The notes under the pieces are model-generated. The model was not told the DNA's origin. It worked only from the letters and a program-made list of their open reading frames with translations, and made no database searches. The position numbers were made by a program, and so were the translations under genes. A DNA stretch of 64,000 nt from Centroscyllium fabricii (taxonomy: Eukaryota), in contig JBNRSN020000003.1 of assembly GCA_051313645.2 (NCBI GenBank), forward strand, positions 19,344,001 through 19,408,000, written 5' to 3'. Shown in pieces: positions 25,255 through 36,533 of the stretch. Every line of letters starts with the position of its first letter. Position 1 is the stretch's first letter.

Positions 25255-26998
25255 TTTTCAGATGGCACGAAACTTGAAAGTGTAGTAAACAGTGAGGAAG
25301 ACAGTGATAGACTTCAAGAGGGCATAAACAGGCTGGTGGAATGAGTGGCCACATGGCAGATCAAATTCAACGCAGAAAAGTGTGAGGTGATACATTTTAG
25401 TCGGGAGAATGAGGAGAGACCATACACACTAAATGGTACAATTTTAAGGAGGGTGCAAGAACAGAGATAGATCTGGGGATGCTGGAGCACAAATCTTTGA
25501 AGGTGGCAGGACAAAGCAGTTCATAAAGCATAAGGGATCCTGGGCTTTATAAGTACAGGTCCGACACCGTTAATCCAGCATGGGCGGGACCAGGCCGGTG
25601 CCGGATTAGTGAAAACTCCGAACGATTGAAGCTTCGGCGAGCGCATGCGCAGATCATTCAAAATGGCCACCGTGAAAGCCGGCGGCCATTTTGAATGGTC
25701 TGCGCATGCGCTCGCCGAAGCATCAATCGTTCGGGACTATTCAAAATGGCTGCCGCGAAGGCCGGCAGCCATTTTGAATGGTCTGTGCATGCGCTCGCCA
25801 AAGCATCAATCGTTCAGGGAGGCCATGGGCATGCGCATGCGCAGCCAAGCGCGGCAGCCATTTCACGCATGCGGTGACCAGTCTGGCAGTCGGGGAGAGG
25901 CCCGCAAGTGTGGCGGCCAATTTGCACATGCGCAGACCAGTTGGCCGGATTCGTTCCGGACGACTGAAGTTAGCGGATTACCGGTGTCCGGATTAACGGT
26001 GCCGGACCTGTACAGGCGTAGAGTACAAAAGCCAGAAAGTTATGCTAAAGCAAAATAAAACACTAGTTCGCCCCTAGCTGCAGTAGTGTGTCGAATTTTG
26101 GCACCACACTTTCGGAAGGACGTGAAGACTTTGGAGAGGGTGCAGAAGAGGAGAGAAACTGCAAAGTGCTACAGTACAAAGGGATCTGGAGGTCCTGGTG
26201 CATGAAACACAGAAGGTTAGTCTGCAGGTACAGCAGGTGATCAGGAAGGCGAATGGAATCTTGGCTTTTATTGCAAGGGGGGTGGAGGATAAAAGCAGGG
26301 AAGTCTTGCTGCAGTTTTACAGGGTACTGGTGAGGCCACACCTGGAATGCTGCGCACAGTTTTGGTTTCCATATTTACGAAAAGATATACTTGCTCTCGA
26401 GGCAGTTCAGAGAAGGTTCACTCGGTTGATTCCGGAGATGAGGGGGTTGGCTTATAAGGAAAGGTTGAGTAGGTTGGGCCTCTACTCATTGGAATTCAGA
26501 AGAGTGAGAGGCGATCTTATCGAAACATATAAGATTGTGAGGGGGCTTGATCGGGTGGATGCGGTGAGGATGTTTCCACTGATGGGTGAGACTAGAACCA
26601 GGGGCATAATCTTAGAATAAGGGGCTGCCCTTTCAAAACTGAGATGAGGAGGAACTTTTTCACTCAGAGGGTGGTGGCTCTGTGGAATTTGCTGCCCCAG
26701 AGAGCTGTGGAAGCTGCGACATTAAATAAATTTAAAATGGAGATAGACAGTTTCCTAGCTGATAAGGGAATAAGGGTTTACGGGGAGCGGGCAGGGAAGT
26801 GGACGTGTTCGGATCAGCCACGATCCTGTTGAATGGCGGAGCAGGCCCGAAAGGCCGTATGGCCTACTCCTGCTCCTACTTCTTATGTTATGTTAAGAGC
26901 TTTACAAGAATGATTCCAAAGATGAGGGACTTCAGTTACGTGGATAGACTGGAGAAGCTGGGGTTGTTCTCCTCAGAGCAGAGCAAGGCCAAGAGGGG
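25255..26998 (+). mobile_element. Nested CR1 fragments (old copy split by a MITE and by a younger CR1 at ~26150-26895)
   Basis: LVRPHLE, RRVRGDLIETYK and RNFFTQRVV motifs. Confidence 0.85.
25556..26010. mobile_element. TA-flanked Tigger/pogo-like MITE, family T1
   Basis: TIR CAGGTCCGACACCGTTAATCC / GGATTAACGGTGCCGGACCTG; TA on both sides. Confidence 0.88.
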
Positions 26999-27019
26999 GT
27001 CTGCTAGAAAAGCAAAATA

Positions 27020-27756
27020 CCGGTACTCAACCCTTCATCCGAAAACCTCAGGACCGGGTGGGTCTCGGTTTTTTGATAAATACGGTTTTTAGAGTTGGCC
27101 CCAGTGCGCATGCACATTATCGTGTTTGCGGTCCAGCTTGCAGTCGGGGAACGGCATATCGGCCGTTTGCGGGGGGCAGACCGGCCGTTTGCGGGGGAGA
27201 CCGGCCGTTTGCAGGGGGGAGACCGGCCGTTTGCAGGGGGGAGACCGGCCGTTTGCAGGGGGGAGACCGGCCGTTTGCAGGGGGGAGACCGGCCGTTTGC
27301 AGGGGGGAGACCGGCCGTTTGCAGGGGGGAGACCGGCCGTTTGCAGGGGGGAGACCGGCCGTTTGCAGGGGGGAGACCGGCCGTTTGCAGGGGGGAGACC
27401 GGCCGTTTGCAGGGGGGAGACCGGCCGTTTGCAGGGGGGAGACCGGCCGTTTGCAGGGGGGAGACCGGCCGTTTGCGGGGGGAGATCGGCCGTTTGCGGG
27501 GGGAGATCGGCCGTTTGCAGGAGGAGATCGGGCGTTTGCGGGGGGAGATCGGCCGTTTGCAGGAGGAGATCGGCCGTTTGCAGGAGGAGATCGGCCGTTC
27601 TTTTCCTCAACACGGCATCAACAGCACGAGATCGGGGTAGGAACGTGTTTTTTCTGCTGCAGCTTAAATCATTTTTTACTTATATAAACTGAAGAAAAAC
27701 TTCGGTTTTTGGAGCTTTTCGGTTTTTGGAGTTGCAGATAAGGGATTGTGTACCTG
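27020..27756. mobile_element. TA-flanked MITE, family T3, with internal 22-bp minisatellite
   Basis: TIR-like C(C/A)GGTAC.CAA.CC(C)TT..; removing it and one TA restores agcaaaatactgcggatgctgg, seen intact at 54958. Confidence 0.88.
27160..27599. repeat. 22-bp minisatellite, ~20 copies
   Basis: Unit ccggccgtttgcaggggggaga, with variant units at the right end. Confidence 0.95.
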
Positions 27757-27758
27757 TA

Positions 27759-27877
27759 CTGCGGATGCTGGAAATCTGAAATAAAAACAGAAAATGCTGG
27801 AAATACTCAGCAAGTCAGGTCGCATTTGTGGAGAGAGAAACAGTTAACGTTTCAGGTCGATGACCCTCCGTCAGGTG
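27759..27877 (-). mobile_element. Penelope pseudo-LTR with degenerate hammerhead
   Basis: Minus strand ctgacgg-agggtc-atc-gacct-gaaacgtt-aactg. Confidence 0.7.
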
Positions 27878-28349
27878 TGATCGAGGTGTTCAAAATCATG
27901 AAGGCTTCAGAGAGTAAATAAAGGTAAACTGTTTCCAATGTCTGAAGGGTCGATAACGAGAGGGCACAGATTTAAGGTGATTGGCAAAAGAACCAGAGGC
28001 GACACGAGGAAAAACCTTGCAGGGATTATGGGGAAAGAGTCGGGGAGCAGGACTAACTGGATCGCTCTTCGAAAGAGCCGGCATAGACTCGATGGGCCGA
28101 ACAGCCTCCTTCTGTGCTGTACTATTCTATGGTAGGATCATTATCACGTGCTTTCGAGCAATGGCAGTGAAAGAGATCCAAATAAAACACGTGCAATGTC
28201 CCAGTTATTGTACCTGTTGCAACACAAATGCCAGCTCCCACAGAGCTTTAACCATATTGTGCACCGTGAGCGAGTCATTTGTGAGCCATTCTCCAACTGC
28301 ATTTAGCTGCTGCTCCTGTAGATATTTGTGCTGTTAAATAAACGTACAG

Positions 28350-29780
28350 TAACCATCGGTAAAATAATGGGACTAAAAGTCGACTGGTCCCCTGGACCTG
28401 ATGGCCTACATCCTAGGGTCTTAAAAGAAGTGGTTGCAGAGATAGTGGATGCGTTGGTTGTAATCTACCAAAATTCCCTGGATTCTGGAGAAGTCCCAGC
28501 GGACTGGAAAACAGCAAATGTGACGCACCTGTTTAAGAAAGGAGGGACAGAGAAAGCAGGAAACTATCGACCAGTTAGCTGATCATCTGTCATTGTGAAA
28601 ATGCTGGAGTTAATTATTAAAGAAGTGATAGCAGGACATTTAGAAAATCATAATACAGGTTGTGCACCGAAAATCCGTGTCCCGAATAGCCGGCAGCTTC
28701 AGTCTGCCGGCACAAATTGCCCTGACTGCACTGCGCATGCGCAAGATGGCAGCCGCCATTGTGGCTTCAGCGAATGATCTGCGCATGCGCCGAGCGCATG
28801 CGCAGATCATTCAAAACAGCTGCCGGGTGTTTTGAATGATCTGCGCATGCGTCGCCGGACGGTTAGCGCATGCGCAGATAATTCAATACGGCCGCCGGTT
28901 ATTTTCTCCACAGCTGAGCCCCGTGACTGAGGCGGACAGTCACTAGGCAACAGCTGTCAGCCTGAGTCCCGCTCGGCGGCAGCAGCAACCCGAAAGGCAA
29001 TGGAGAGGGACGGCGGACCCGGGCCTGATCTGTGCATGCGCGCGCCAGCCAATCCCAATGTTGCGCGCATGCGCGCGGCCATTTTGAATGGTGCGCATGC
29101 GCAGTGTCCAACCTCGTTCTCCCGGTTTTTTCCATTTCCCGGCACGGGCCTGGTCCCGCCCGTGGCGGATTAATGGTGCACAACCTGTACAGTCAAGCAG
29201 AGTCGGCATGGTTTTATGAAAGGGAAATCATGTTTGACAAACTTGCTGGACTTCTATGAGGATGTAATGAGCAGGGTGGATAAAGGGAAACCAGTAGATG
29301 TTGTGTATTTGGATTTCCAGAGGGTATTCAATAAAGTGCCACATAAAAGGTTACTGCACAAGATGAGAGCTCACGGTGTCGGGGGCAAACTGTAACTAGT
29401 GGGGTTTGGCTACATTACACTCGGTCCCTTCATCCAAGTCATTTAGATTGTAAATAGTTGAGGCCCCAGCACTGATCCCTGCGGCACCCCACTAGTTACC
29501 ATTTGCCAACCGGTAAATGACCCATTTATCCCGACTCTGTTTTCTGTTGGTTAGCCAATCCTCTATCCATGCTAATATATTACCCCCAACCACGTGAGCT
29601 CTTATCTTGTGTAGTAACCTTTTATGTGGAGATGGATAGATTTTTGAACGATAAGGGAGTCGAGGGTTATGGGGAGCGGGCAGGGAAGTGGAGTTGAGGC
29701 CAAGATCAGATTAGCCACGATCTTATTGAATGGCGGAGCAGGCTCGTGGGGCCGAATGGCCGACTCCTGCTCCTATCTTA
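28350..29780. mobile_element. Rearranged CR1 ORF2 fragments (+ 28350-29400, - 29420-29628, + tail 29628-29780)
   Basis: SPGPDGLHPRVLKE, GNYRPVS and YLDFQ motifs, with strand switches. Confidence 0.8.
28656..29187. mobile_element. TA-flanked MITE, family T2
   Basis: TIR CAGGTTGTGCACC..AATCCG; TA duplication inside the CR1. Confidence 0.88.
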
Positions 29781-29877
29781 TTCTGTACCATTCATGTAAA
29801 GCATGAAAACATTCAACCCTCAGATACAAGACATCATATCTCCACAAATTATAGCCGAATGTTACTTGACTAACACA

Positions 29878-30435
29878 ATCCAAAGATGTGCGGGTTAGGT
29901 TGATTGGCCAGCATAAATTGACCCTTTGTGTTAGGGGGATTGAATATGTGGGGTTATGGGGATAGGGTGGGATATAGAAACATAGAAGATAGGAGCAGGA
30001 GTCGGCCATTCGGCCCTTCGAGCCTGCTCCGCCAGTCAATGAGATCATGGCTGATCATCCAAACCCAGTACCCTGTCCCTGCCTTGTCCCCATATCCCTA
30101 TCGAGCCTGCACCAACACATATCCCATCCTATTCCCGTAACCCACGGACACATATCCCACCCTATCCCTGTAACCCCACATATTCAATCCCCCTAACACT
30201 AAGGATCAATTTTCAATATTCCAGCCCCCTAACACTAAGGATCAATTTATCATGGCCAATCAACCTAACCCTATGTGTCAGTGTAGGCTCGATAGGGATC
30301 GAGGGATATGGGGAGAAGGCAGGGATAGGGTACTGGGTTTGGATGATCAGCCATGATCTCATTGAATGGCGGAGCAGGCTCGGAGGGCCGAATGGCCTAC
30401 TCCTGCTCCTATCTTCTATGTTTCTATGTTTCTAA
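29878..30435. mobile_element. Cluster of three HE1 fragments in alternating orientation with local duplications
   Basis: + 29878-29975, - 29975-30272, + 30272-30435. Confidence 0.8.
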
Positions 30436-30970
30436 TCCTTAATTGGGACTTTCATCTCAGACGCCGCCAGTACAGCAAAAACTGCTTTTGGTCACTTAAA
30501 CTTGGCATCACACATTGCATCTTGGTCGCGTGTTAATTAAATGCAGCATTTGCAGCAGGTACAAGAAGGAACCAAATAAATCAATGCAGGGGGGAGGGCT
30601 GCCAGGCATTTCACGAGCAGCTGGTCAGGTCAGCAGTTGAATGCTGCATTTATAATTCAAAGACCTGGTATAGCAGCATTCAACATTCATTACACGTCAA
30701 TTTGCTTTTAACGCTCTGAGCACATTGCCGAAATAAATCGCTTGCTACAATCTGCTATGCAGTGAGAAATATTAGCAACCAAAAATCTTTAATAACTTAA
30801 CCACAGATTTTTTTCTTTAGACTAGTTTTACAATACAGGAAATTCTTTGGTATCCGGCACCGATGGGACCGGCGTGTTGCCGGTTGATCAAAAATTCCGG
30901 ATGACGGAGAGGGTTATCTACCGAGGCTATTATAACAAAGAAAAATTTTAAAAACCAGAAATGTGCAGTA

Positions 30971-31421
30971 CAGGTTGAGCACCTCCCGGGCCGGGAAAGT
31001 GAAAAAAACGCTAGAATGAAGTCGGTCAGTGCGCATACACCATTCAAAATGGCCACGCGCATGCGCACAACATTGGAAATGGCCGCCGAACGTCCTTGCC
31101 AAGTCTCAGCTGCGGTTTGTGCCTCCTGATGACGGCCTGCAGGCTGCTCCGGGGAAAGGCGCACTTCACCATGGCGGGCCCTCGGGACTCGCACATTCAA
31201 AACGTGGCGCGAGCCGCCGCGCCCTGACGCCACGGAAGGCCCGGCTCCCGTTTTGAATGATCTGCGCATTCGCTCGCCGTTCGGCGGCGCATGCGCAGAT
31301 CATTCGCTGAAGCCTCGATCGCGGCGGCCATTTTACGCATGCGCATGGCAGTCGGGGCAATTTATGCCGTGAAACTGAAGCTGCCGGCTTTCTCGGTAAC
31401 GGGTTACAGGTGCCCAACCTG
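30971..31421. mobile_element. MITE family T2 (reverse orientation relative to 28656)
   Basis: CAGGTTGAGCACC / GGTGCCCAACCTG; internal similarity to 28690-28815. Confidence 0.8.
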
Positions 31422-31624
31422 TCTACAGTCATTGGGTACTCACCAACAGAATGTTGTGTTAAACGGATGGTGGAAGATGCTTGATTAAGTACAGTACTGC
31501 CAGTTGAGGGTAATGCAATGCAATGACTACCAGCAGCGTGGGAGACACACTGTACCCCTGTAAAATGGCGGATCAGAAGAGACTACTGGCAGCGCGGGAG
31601 AGTCAGGCTCCTGTTACAGGGGTA

Positions 31625-33031
31625 TTAGATACATAGATACATAGAAAACCCTGTTCCTGGGACTAGGGACAGGGTCACTGGCAAGGCTTGGAAGCTAAGC
31701 AGAGCCGGGCCTGGTTAGTACTTGGAGGGGCGACCACCAGGGAATAACCAGGTGCAGAAGGTCACGAAAGGAGCCCCGGGGAGGGGCGGTTGGCTGAAGA
31801 TTGTCGGAATGATGGAAAGATGGAATGGCGGCGCGCACAGACGCAGCGGCTTTGCTGGACTCTTGGGAGCTTGCAAGATCACATTTCGTTGTTCATGTAC
31901 TTGTACATTGTATAATGACAATAAAGTTGAATTATTATTATTATTAAAATAGATGCAGGAGTAGACCATTCGGCCCTTCGAGCCTGCACCGCCATTCAAC
32001 ACGTTCATGGCTGAACATGCTACATCAGTACCCCATTCCTGCTTTCTCGCCATATCCCTTGATTCCCCCTAGTTGTAAGTATTACATCTAACTCCCTTTT
32101 GAATATATTTAGCGAACTGGCCTCAACAACTTTCTGTGGCAGAGAATTCCACAGGTTCACCACTCTCTGGGTGAAGAAGTTTCTCCTCATCTCAGTCCTA
32201 AATGGCTTACCCCTTATCCTTAGTCTGTGCCCCCTGGTTCTGGACTTCCCCAACATTGGGAACATTCTGCCCGCATCCAACCTGTCCAAACCCGTCAGGA
32301 TTTTAAACGTTTCTATGAGATCTCCCCTCATTCTTCTGAACTCCAGAGAGTACAAGTTCAGTTGATCCAGTCTTTCTTGATATGTCAGTCCGGCCATCCC
32401 GGGAATCAATCTAGTAAACCTTCGCTGCACTCCCTCAATAGCAAGAATGTCCTTCCTCAAGTTAGGAGACCAAAACTGCACACAATACTCCAAGTGTGGC
32501 CTCACCAAGACCCTGTACAACTGTAGCAACACCTCCCTACTCCTGTACTCAAATCCCCTCTCTATGAAGGCCAACATGCCATTTGCTTTCTTGACTACCT
32601 GCTGTACCTGCATTTGCACCTTCAGTGACTGATGTACCATGACGCCCAGGTCTCGTTGCACCTCCCCTTTCCCTAATCTGTCACCATTCAAATAATAGTC
32701 TGTCTCTCTATTTTTACCACCAAAGTGGATAACCTCACATTTATCCACATTGTACGTCATCTGCCATACATTTGCCCATTCACCTAACCTGTCCAAGTCA
32801 CTCTGTTGCCTCTTAGCACCCTCCTCACAGCTCACACTGCCTCCCAACTTAGTGTCATCCGTAAATTTGGAAATAGAACATTTAATCCCTTCGTCCAAAT
32901 CATTAATATATAATGTAAACAGCTGGGGCCCCAGCACCGAACCTTGCGGTACCCCGCTGGGCACTGCCTGCCACTCTGAAAAGTACCCATTTACTCCTAC
33001 TCTTTGTTTCCTGTGTGCCAACCAGTTCTCT
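31625..33031 (-). mobile_element. CR1 RT and 3' end with ~340 uninterrupted codons
   Basis: [32 protein letters not shown]; (tatgtatc)n tail split by the 5S-SINE. Confidence 0.92.
31649..31946 (+). mobile_element. 5S rRNA-derived SINE with Rex1-type tail, copy 1
   Basis: 31690-31761 matches the 3' half of 5S rRNA (ggaagctaagcag..gcctggttagtacttgga); tail tgtataatgacaataaagttgaa(tta)n; near-identical copy at 63363. Confidence 0.88.
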
Positions 33032-33369
33032 TGAGCTGTTCCGACTTCCAACAGCGCCAAGAAGCCGAGTAGTGGCAGTTTGGAGAACTACCCCCACTGA
33101 CCAACTCGACCACTGCGGGAGACTCGGACTCGGCAACATTGCCGGTTACTGAGGTGTTGTTTTCGGAGCGAGAAGTTTGCCGGTTAATGGAGAATTCCGG
33201 ATATTTAGTTGCCGTTTAAACAAGAGCTTCCTGTATATTTAAATGTTTCCACTATGCAATAACATGCTGTCTTCTAGGTCAATGGAATTTGAAATTCAGA
33301 TTTCAGACGGATACCATGTCGTATCTGCCTCGTTTATGGCCGGCATTAGATAATGAGCTTCATTACCAG

Positions 33370-33860
33370 TCAGACTCAATGCAACTTCAATTCTCCACTC
33401 CACTCCCACTCTGACCTCCTGCACTGTTCCAATGAAGCTCAACACAAGCTCGAGGAACACCACCTCATCTTTCGATTAGTCACTTTACAGCCTTCCAGAC
33501 TCGACATCGAGTTCAACAATTTCAGATCACAACCTCGGCCCTCACTTTTTCGGACAGCAGCTGTTGGCAATGATTCTGCTTTCCCATCTACACCTCATCC
33601 AGACCCACCTGTTGTTTCTTTACTTGTCCCATTACCACCATCATCCCTTTTTGTCTTTTAATCTCTCCTTTCTTCCACCCCATCACAGACCTTCCCTTTT
33701 GTTCTCCCCTCCCCCCGCCCCTACACTTGGTTAAAACCTGTTACACCTCGAACTTTTTCCAGTTCTGATGAAGGGTCCCAGACCTGAAACGTTAACTCTG
33801 TTTCTCTCTCCACAGATGCTGCCTGGCCTGCTGAGTATTTCCAGCATTTTCTATTTTTGA
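33370..33860 (+). mobile_element. Penelope-like element 3' fragment and pseudo-LTR
   Basis: KLEEHHLIFRL.TLQP..L.IEF, homologous to 54340-54440. Confidence 0.85.
33761..33797 (+). ncRNA. Minimal type I hammerhead ribozyme motif
   Basis: agtt-CTGATGA-a-gggtc-cca-gacct-GAAA-cgtt-aact: stem I, core, stem II, palindromic AACGTT stem III. Confidence 0.75.
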
Positions 33861-34061
33861 AAAGCTGTTTATACAAATAGAAGGAAAGATCTGGTCTACT
33901 GAGCGGGGGCGGGGGAGAAAGTCAAAGTGCAGCGACCCTTGAGTTTTGTTTCCATTAGGCACGGCACATAAGCATCATCCTATCTTCTTCAGAAGAAATA
34001 CCTTTCAGCCTTTTGCAAATCAGATAAAACTAATGAGCAGCCACACTGCAGCCGAGTAATA

Positions 34062-34389
34062 CAGGTCTGGCACCGGACGACTGGTCTGCACATGCGCAAA
34101 ATGGCCGCCGCGCTTGGCTGCGCATGCCCGGGCCTCTTCCCGACTGTCAGACAGGTCTGCGCATGCGCAAAATGGCCACCGCGCTTGGCTGCGCATGCCC
34201 GGGCCTCTTCTCGAACGATTAATGCTTCGGCGAGCGCATGCGCAGACCATTCAAAATGGCTGCCGGCCTTCGCGGCGGCCATACTGAATGGTCTGCGCAT
34301 GCGCTCGCCGAAGCTTCAATCGTTCGGATTTTTCACTAATCCGGCTCCGGCCTAGTCCCGCCGGTGCTGGATTAACGGTGTCGGACCTG
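34062..34389. mobile_element. TA-flanked MITE, family T1 (left end partly deleted)
   Basis: CAGGTCTGGCACCG / GGATTAACGGTGTCGGACCTG, TA flanks. Confidence 0.85.
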
Positions 34390-35462
34390 TAATGGAATTG
34401 CTTAACTCTCCTGGTAGCCTAAAATGGTCTTCAGCTTACGGGCAACAGCAAAGACACCAAAGTAAATCAAAAAGGAACGGCAGCGCAAACTACAACGGGC
34501 CCCTATTATAAGCCGGCCTTTGATAGTAATACCGGAAATATGCCAGAATGAAGGGTGTGCAATGGGGAATTTAGCCAATCAGTTGTCCACTAGGGAGTCA
34601 TACGTCTGCTAGCATTGATTGAAATGACAAAATTAGAGTATCAATCTTATTAAAATTGGTAGACATGAAAAATATGTTACTGGCGTCAGTTGACTCAGAT
34701 TCCGGAATCGATAGTGTGCTGTTCCAATCAATGCGCCATCCTTTCCAGAACTGCACACAGTAGATTCAGTTTCAGTATCGAGCTGCATATTGTGCTCTTT
34801 TGACAGGCTATATTTCTGTGGATATTTATTTCTGTGTGACCGCACCAGGATAAGCGATTCCATTTCGCGCATGGGTGACATTCTATGCCCGTAACTGAAC
34901 AATCTCAGTACCGGGGAACTTTCAACCACATTCGCAACACAGACGACTGGAGTTGGTCTGGCTGGACCATGCTTTCACCTTGATGTCGTGCAGTGTGCAT
35001 TGTTTTGACACGAATCCAGCTGTCAAACCCAAAACTGCATTGCATCAAGATGAACCAACCTTGTTTAGATTCCAATGTCTCCTGCGTGACATTTCAGCCA
35101 GATCAAGTTCTTGAACAATTCTGAAAGCTCATCCAAATTTTAGATGCGATTGGTGTTCTGATTTCTCAAACTGGATCAGTGGAATTCTGCTTTGCTGTTT
35201 GTCGACGCAAGCATGTGCAAAAAAATATCTACAGATTAGTTCTGGTGTTGTGCGGCTATCGAAATGTGACTGATTCATGTGTATTTTGTTGGGGAGTGAA
35301 ATAATTTGTTGGGGGGTTTCCTAGCTTTATATTAACTGAAAGAAAGACAGACTTGCATTTATAGGGCGCCTTTTAGGACCTCAAGATGCCTCAAAGCACC
35401 GAACAGCCAATGAAGCACTTTTCTGAAGTGCTGTAATTTAGGAATGTGCAAAGTATTGGTGA

Positions 35463-36413
35463 TTTTTTTTAAATTCATTGATGGGATGTGGGCGTCGCTG
35501 GCGGGCTAGGCCTGCATTTAATGCCCATCCCTAATTGCCCTTGAGAAGATGGTGGTGAGCCGCCTTCTTGAACCGCTGCAGTCCATATAGAAACATAGAA
35601 ACATAGAAACTAGGAGCAGGAGTAGGCCATTCAGCCCTTCGAGCCTGCTCCGCCATTCAATGAGATCATGGCTGATCATTTAAACCCAGTACCCACAATG
35701 TTGCGTAGCGGTTGTTTAGAAACATAGAAACTAGGAGCAGGAGTCGGCCATTCGAGCCTGCTCCGCCATTCAATGAGATCATGGCTGATCATCCAAACCC
35801 ACCACCCCGCCCCTGCCCTCTCCCCATATCCCTCATCGACACATATTCCCACCCTATCCCCGTAACCCCACATATTCAATCCCCCTAACACTAAGGGTCA
35901 ATTTATCCTGGCCAATCAACCTAACCCGCACATCTTTGGACTGTGGGAGGAAACCGGAGCACCCGGAGGAAACCCACGCAGACACGGGGAGAATGTGCAA
36001 ACTCCACACAGATAGTACCCGAGGCTGGATTTGAACCCGGGTCTCCAGTGCTGTGAGGCAACAATGCTAACCACTATGCCACCGTGTCGCCCTCAGCTTG
36101 CTGGGCCATTTCAGAGGGCATTAAGAGTCAACCACATTGCTGTGGGTCTGGAGTCACGTGTAGGCCAGACCAGGTAAGGACAGCAGATTTCCTTCCCTAA
36201 AGGACATCAGTGAACCAGATGGGTTTTTGCAACAATCGACAATGGTATCATGGTCGCCAGTACCAAGACTGACATTTTAATTCATGAATTAAATTGAATT
36301 GAATTTAAATTCCACCAGCTGCCGTGGGTGGGATTTGAACCCATAGCCTCAGAGCATTTGACTGAGCCTCTGGCTTACTAGTCTAGGGACATAACCACTG
36401 CGCCACCGCCTCC
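35463..36413 (-). mobile_element. tRNA-SINE with Zenon-CR1 tail, carrying two HE1 insertions (35587-35690, 35716-36092)
   Basis: Reverse complement of 48044-48533, with interruptions. Confidence 0.85.
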
Positions 36414-36533
36414 ACATATGGTGATATCAAAACCTATCATGGCACATTTCAACCATTTCGCCCGCCTTAAAGAGAGTGAGAAGTTGAGTTAGACCAAAAC
36501 GGGGCACAGGGCAATCCCAAAACCATACTAATA

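Larger units (their letters stand above)
30836..33233. mobile_element. Older TA-flanked Tigger-like element carrying a nested MITE, CR1 and 5S-SINE
   Basis: Divergent TIRs CAGGAAATTCTT..CGGCA / TGCCG..AAGAGCTTCCTG, TA flanks. Confidence 0.6.

Noticed and set aside
27058-27692. 170-210 aa ORFs in several frames
   Set aside because: Translations of a stop-free 22-bp minisatellite.
31690-31761. 5S rRNA gene
   Set aside because: Only the 3' half, diverged, no terminator; it is a SINE head (same at ~63419-63490).
34633-35235. Possible large host exon
   Set aside because: The frames I read contain stops across the block; the one open stretch resembles nothing I recognise.
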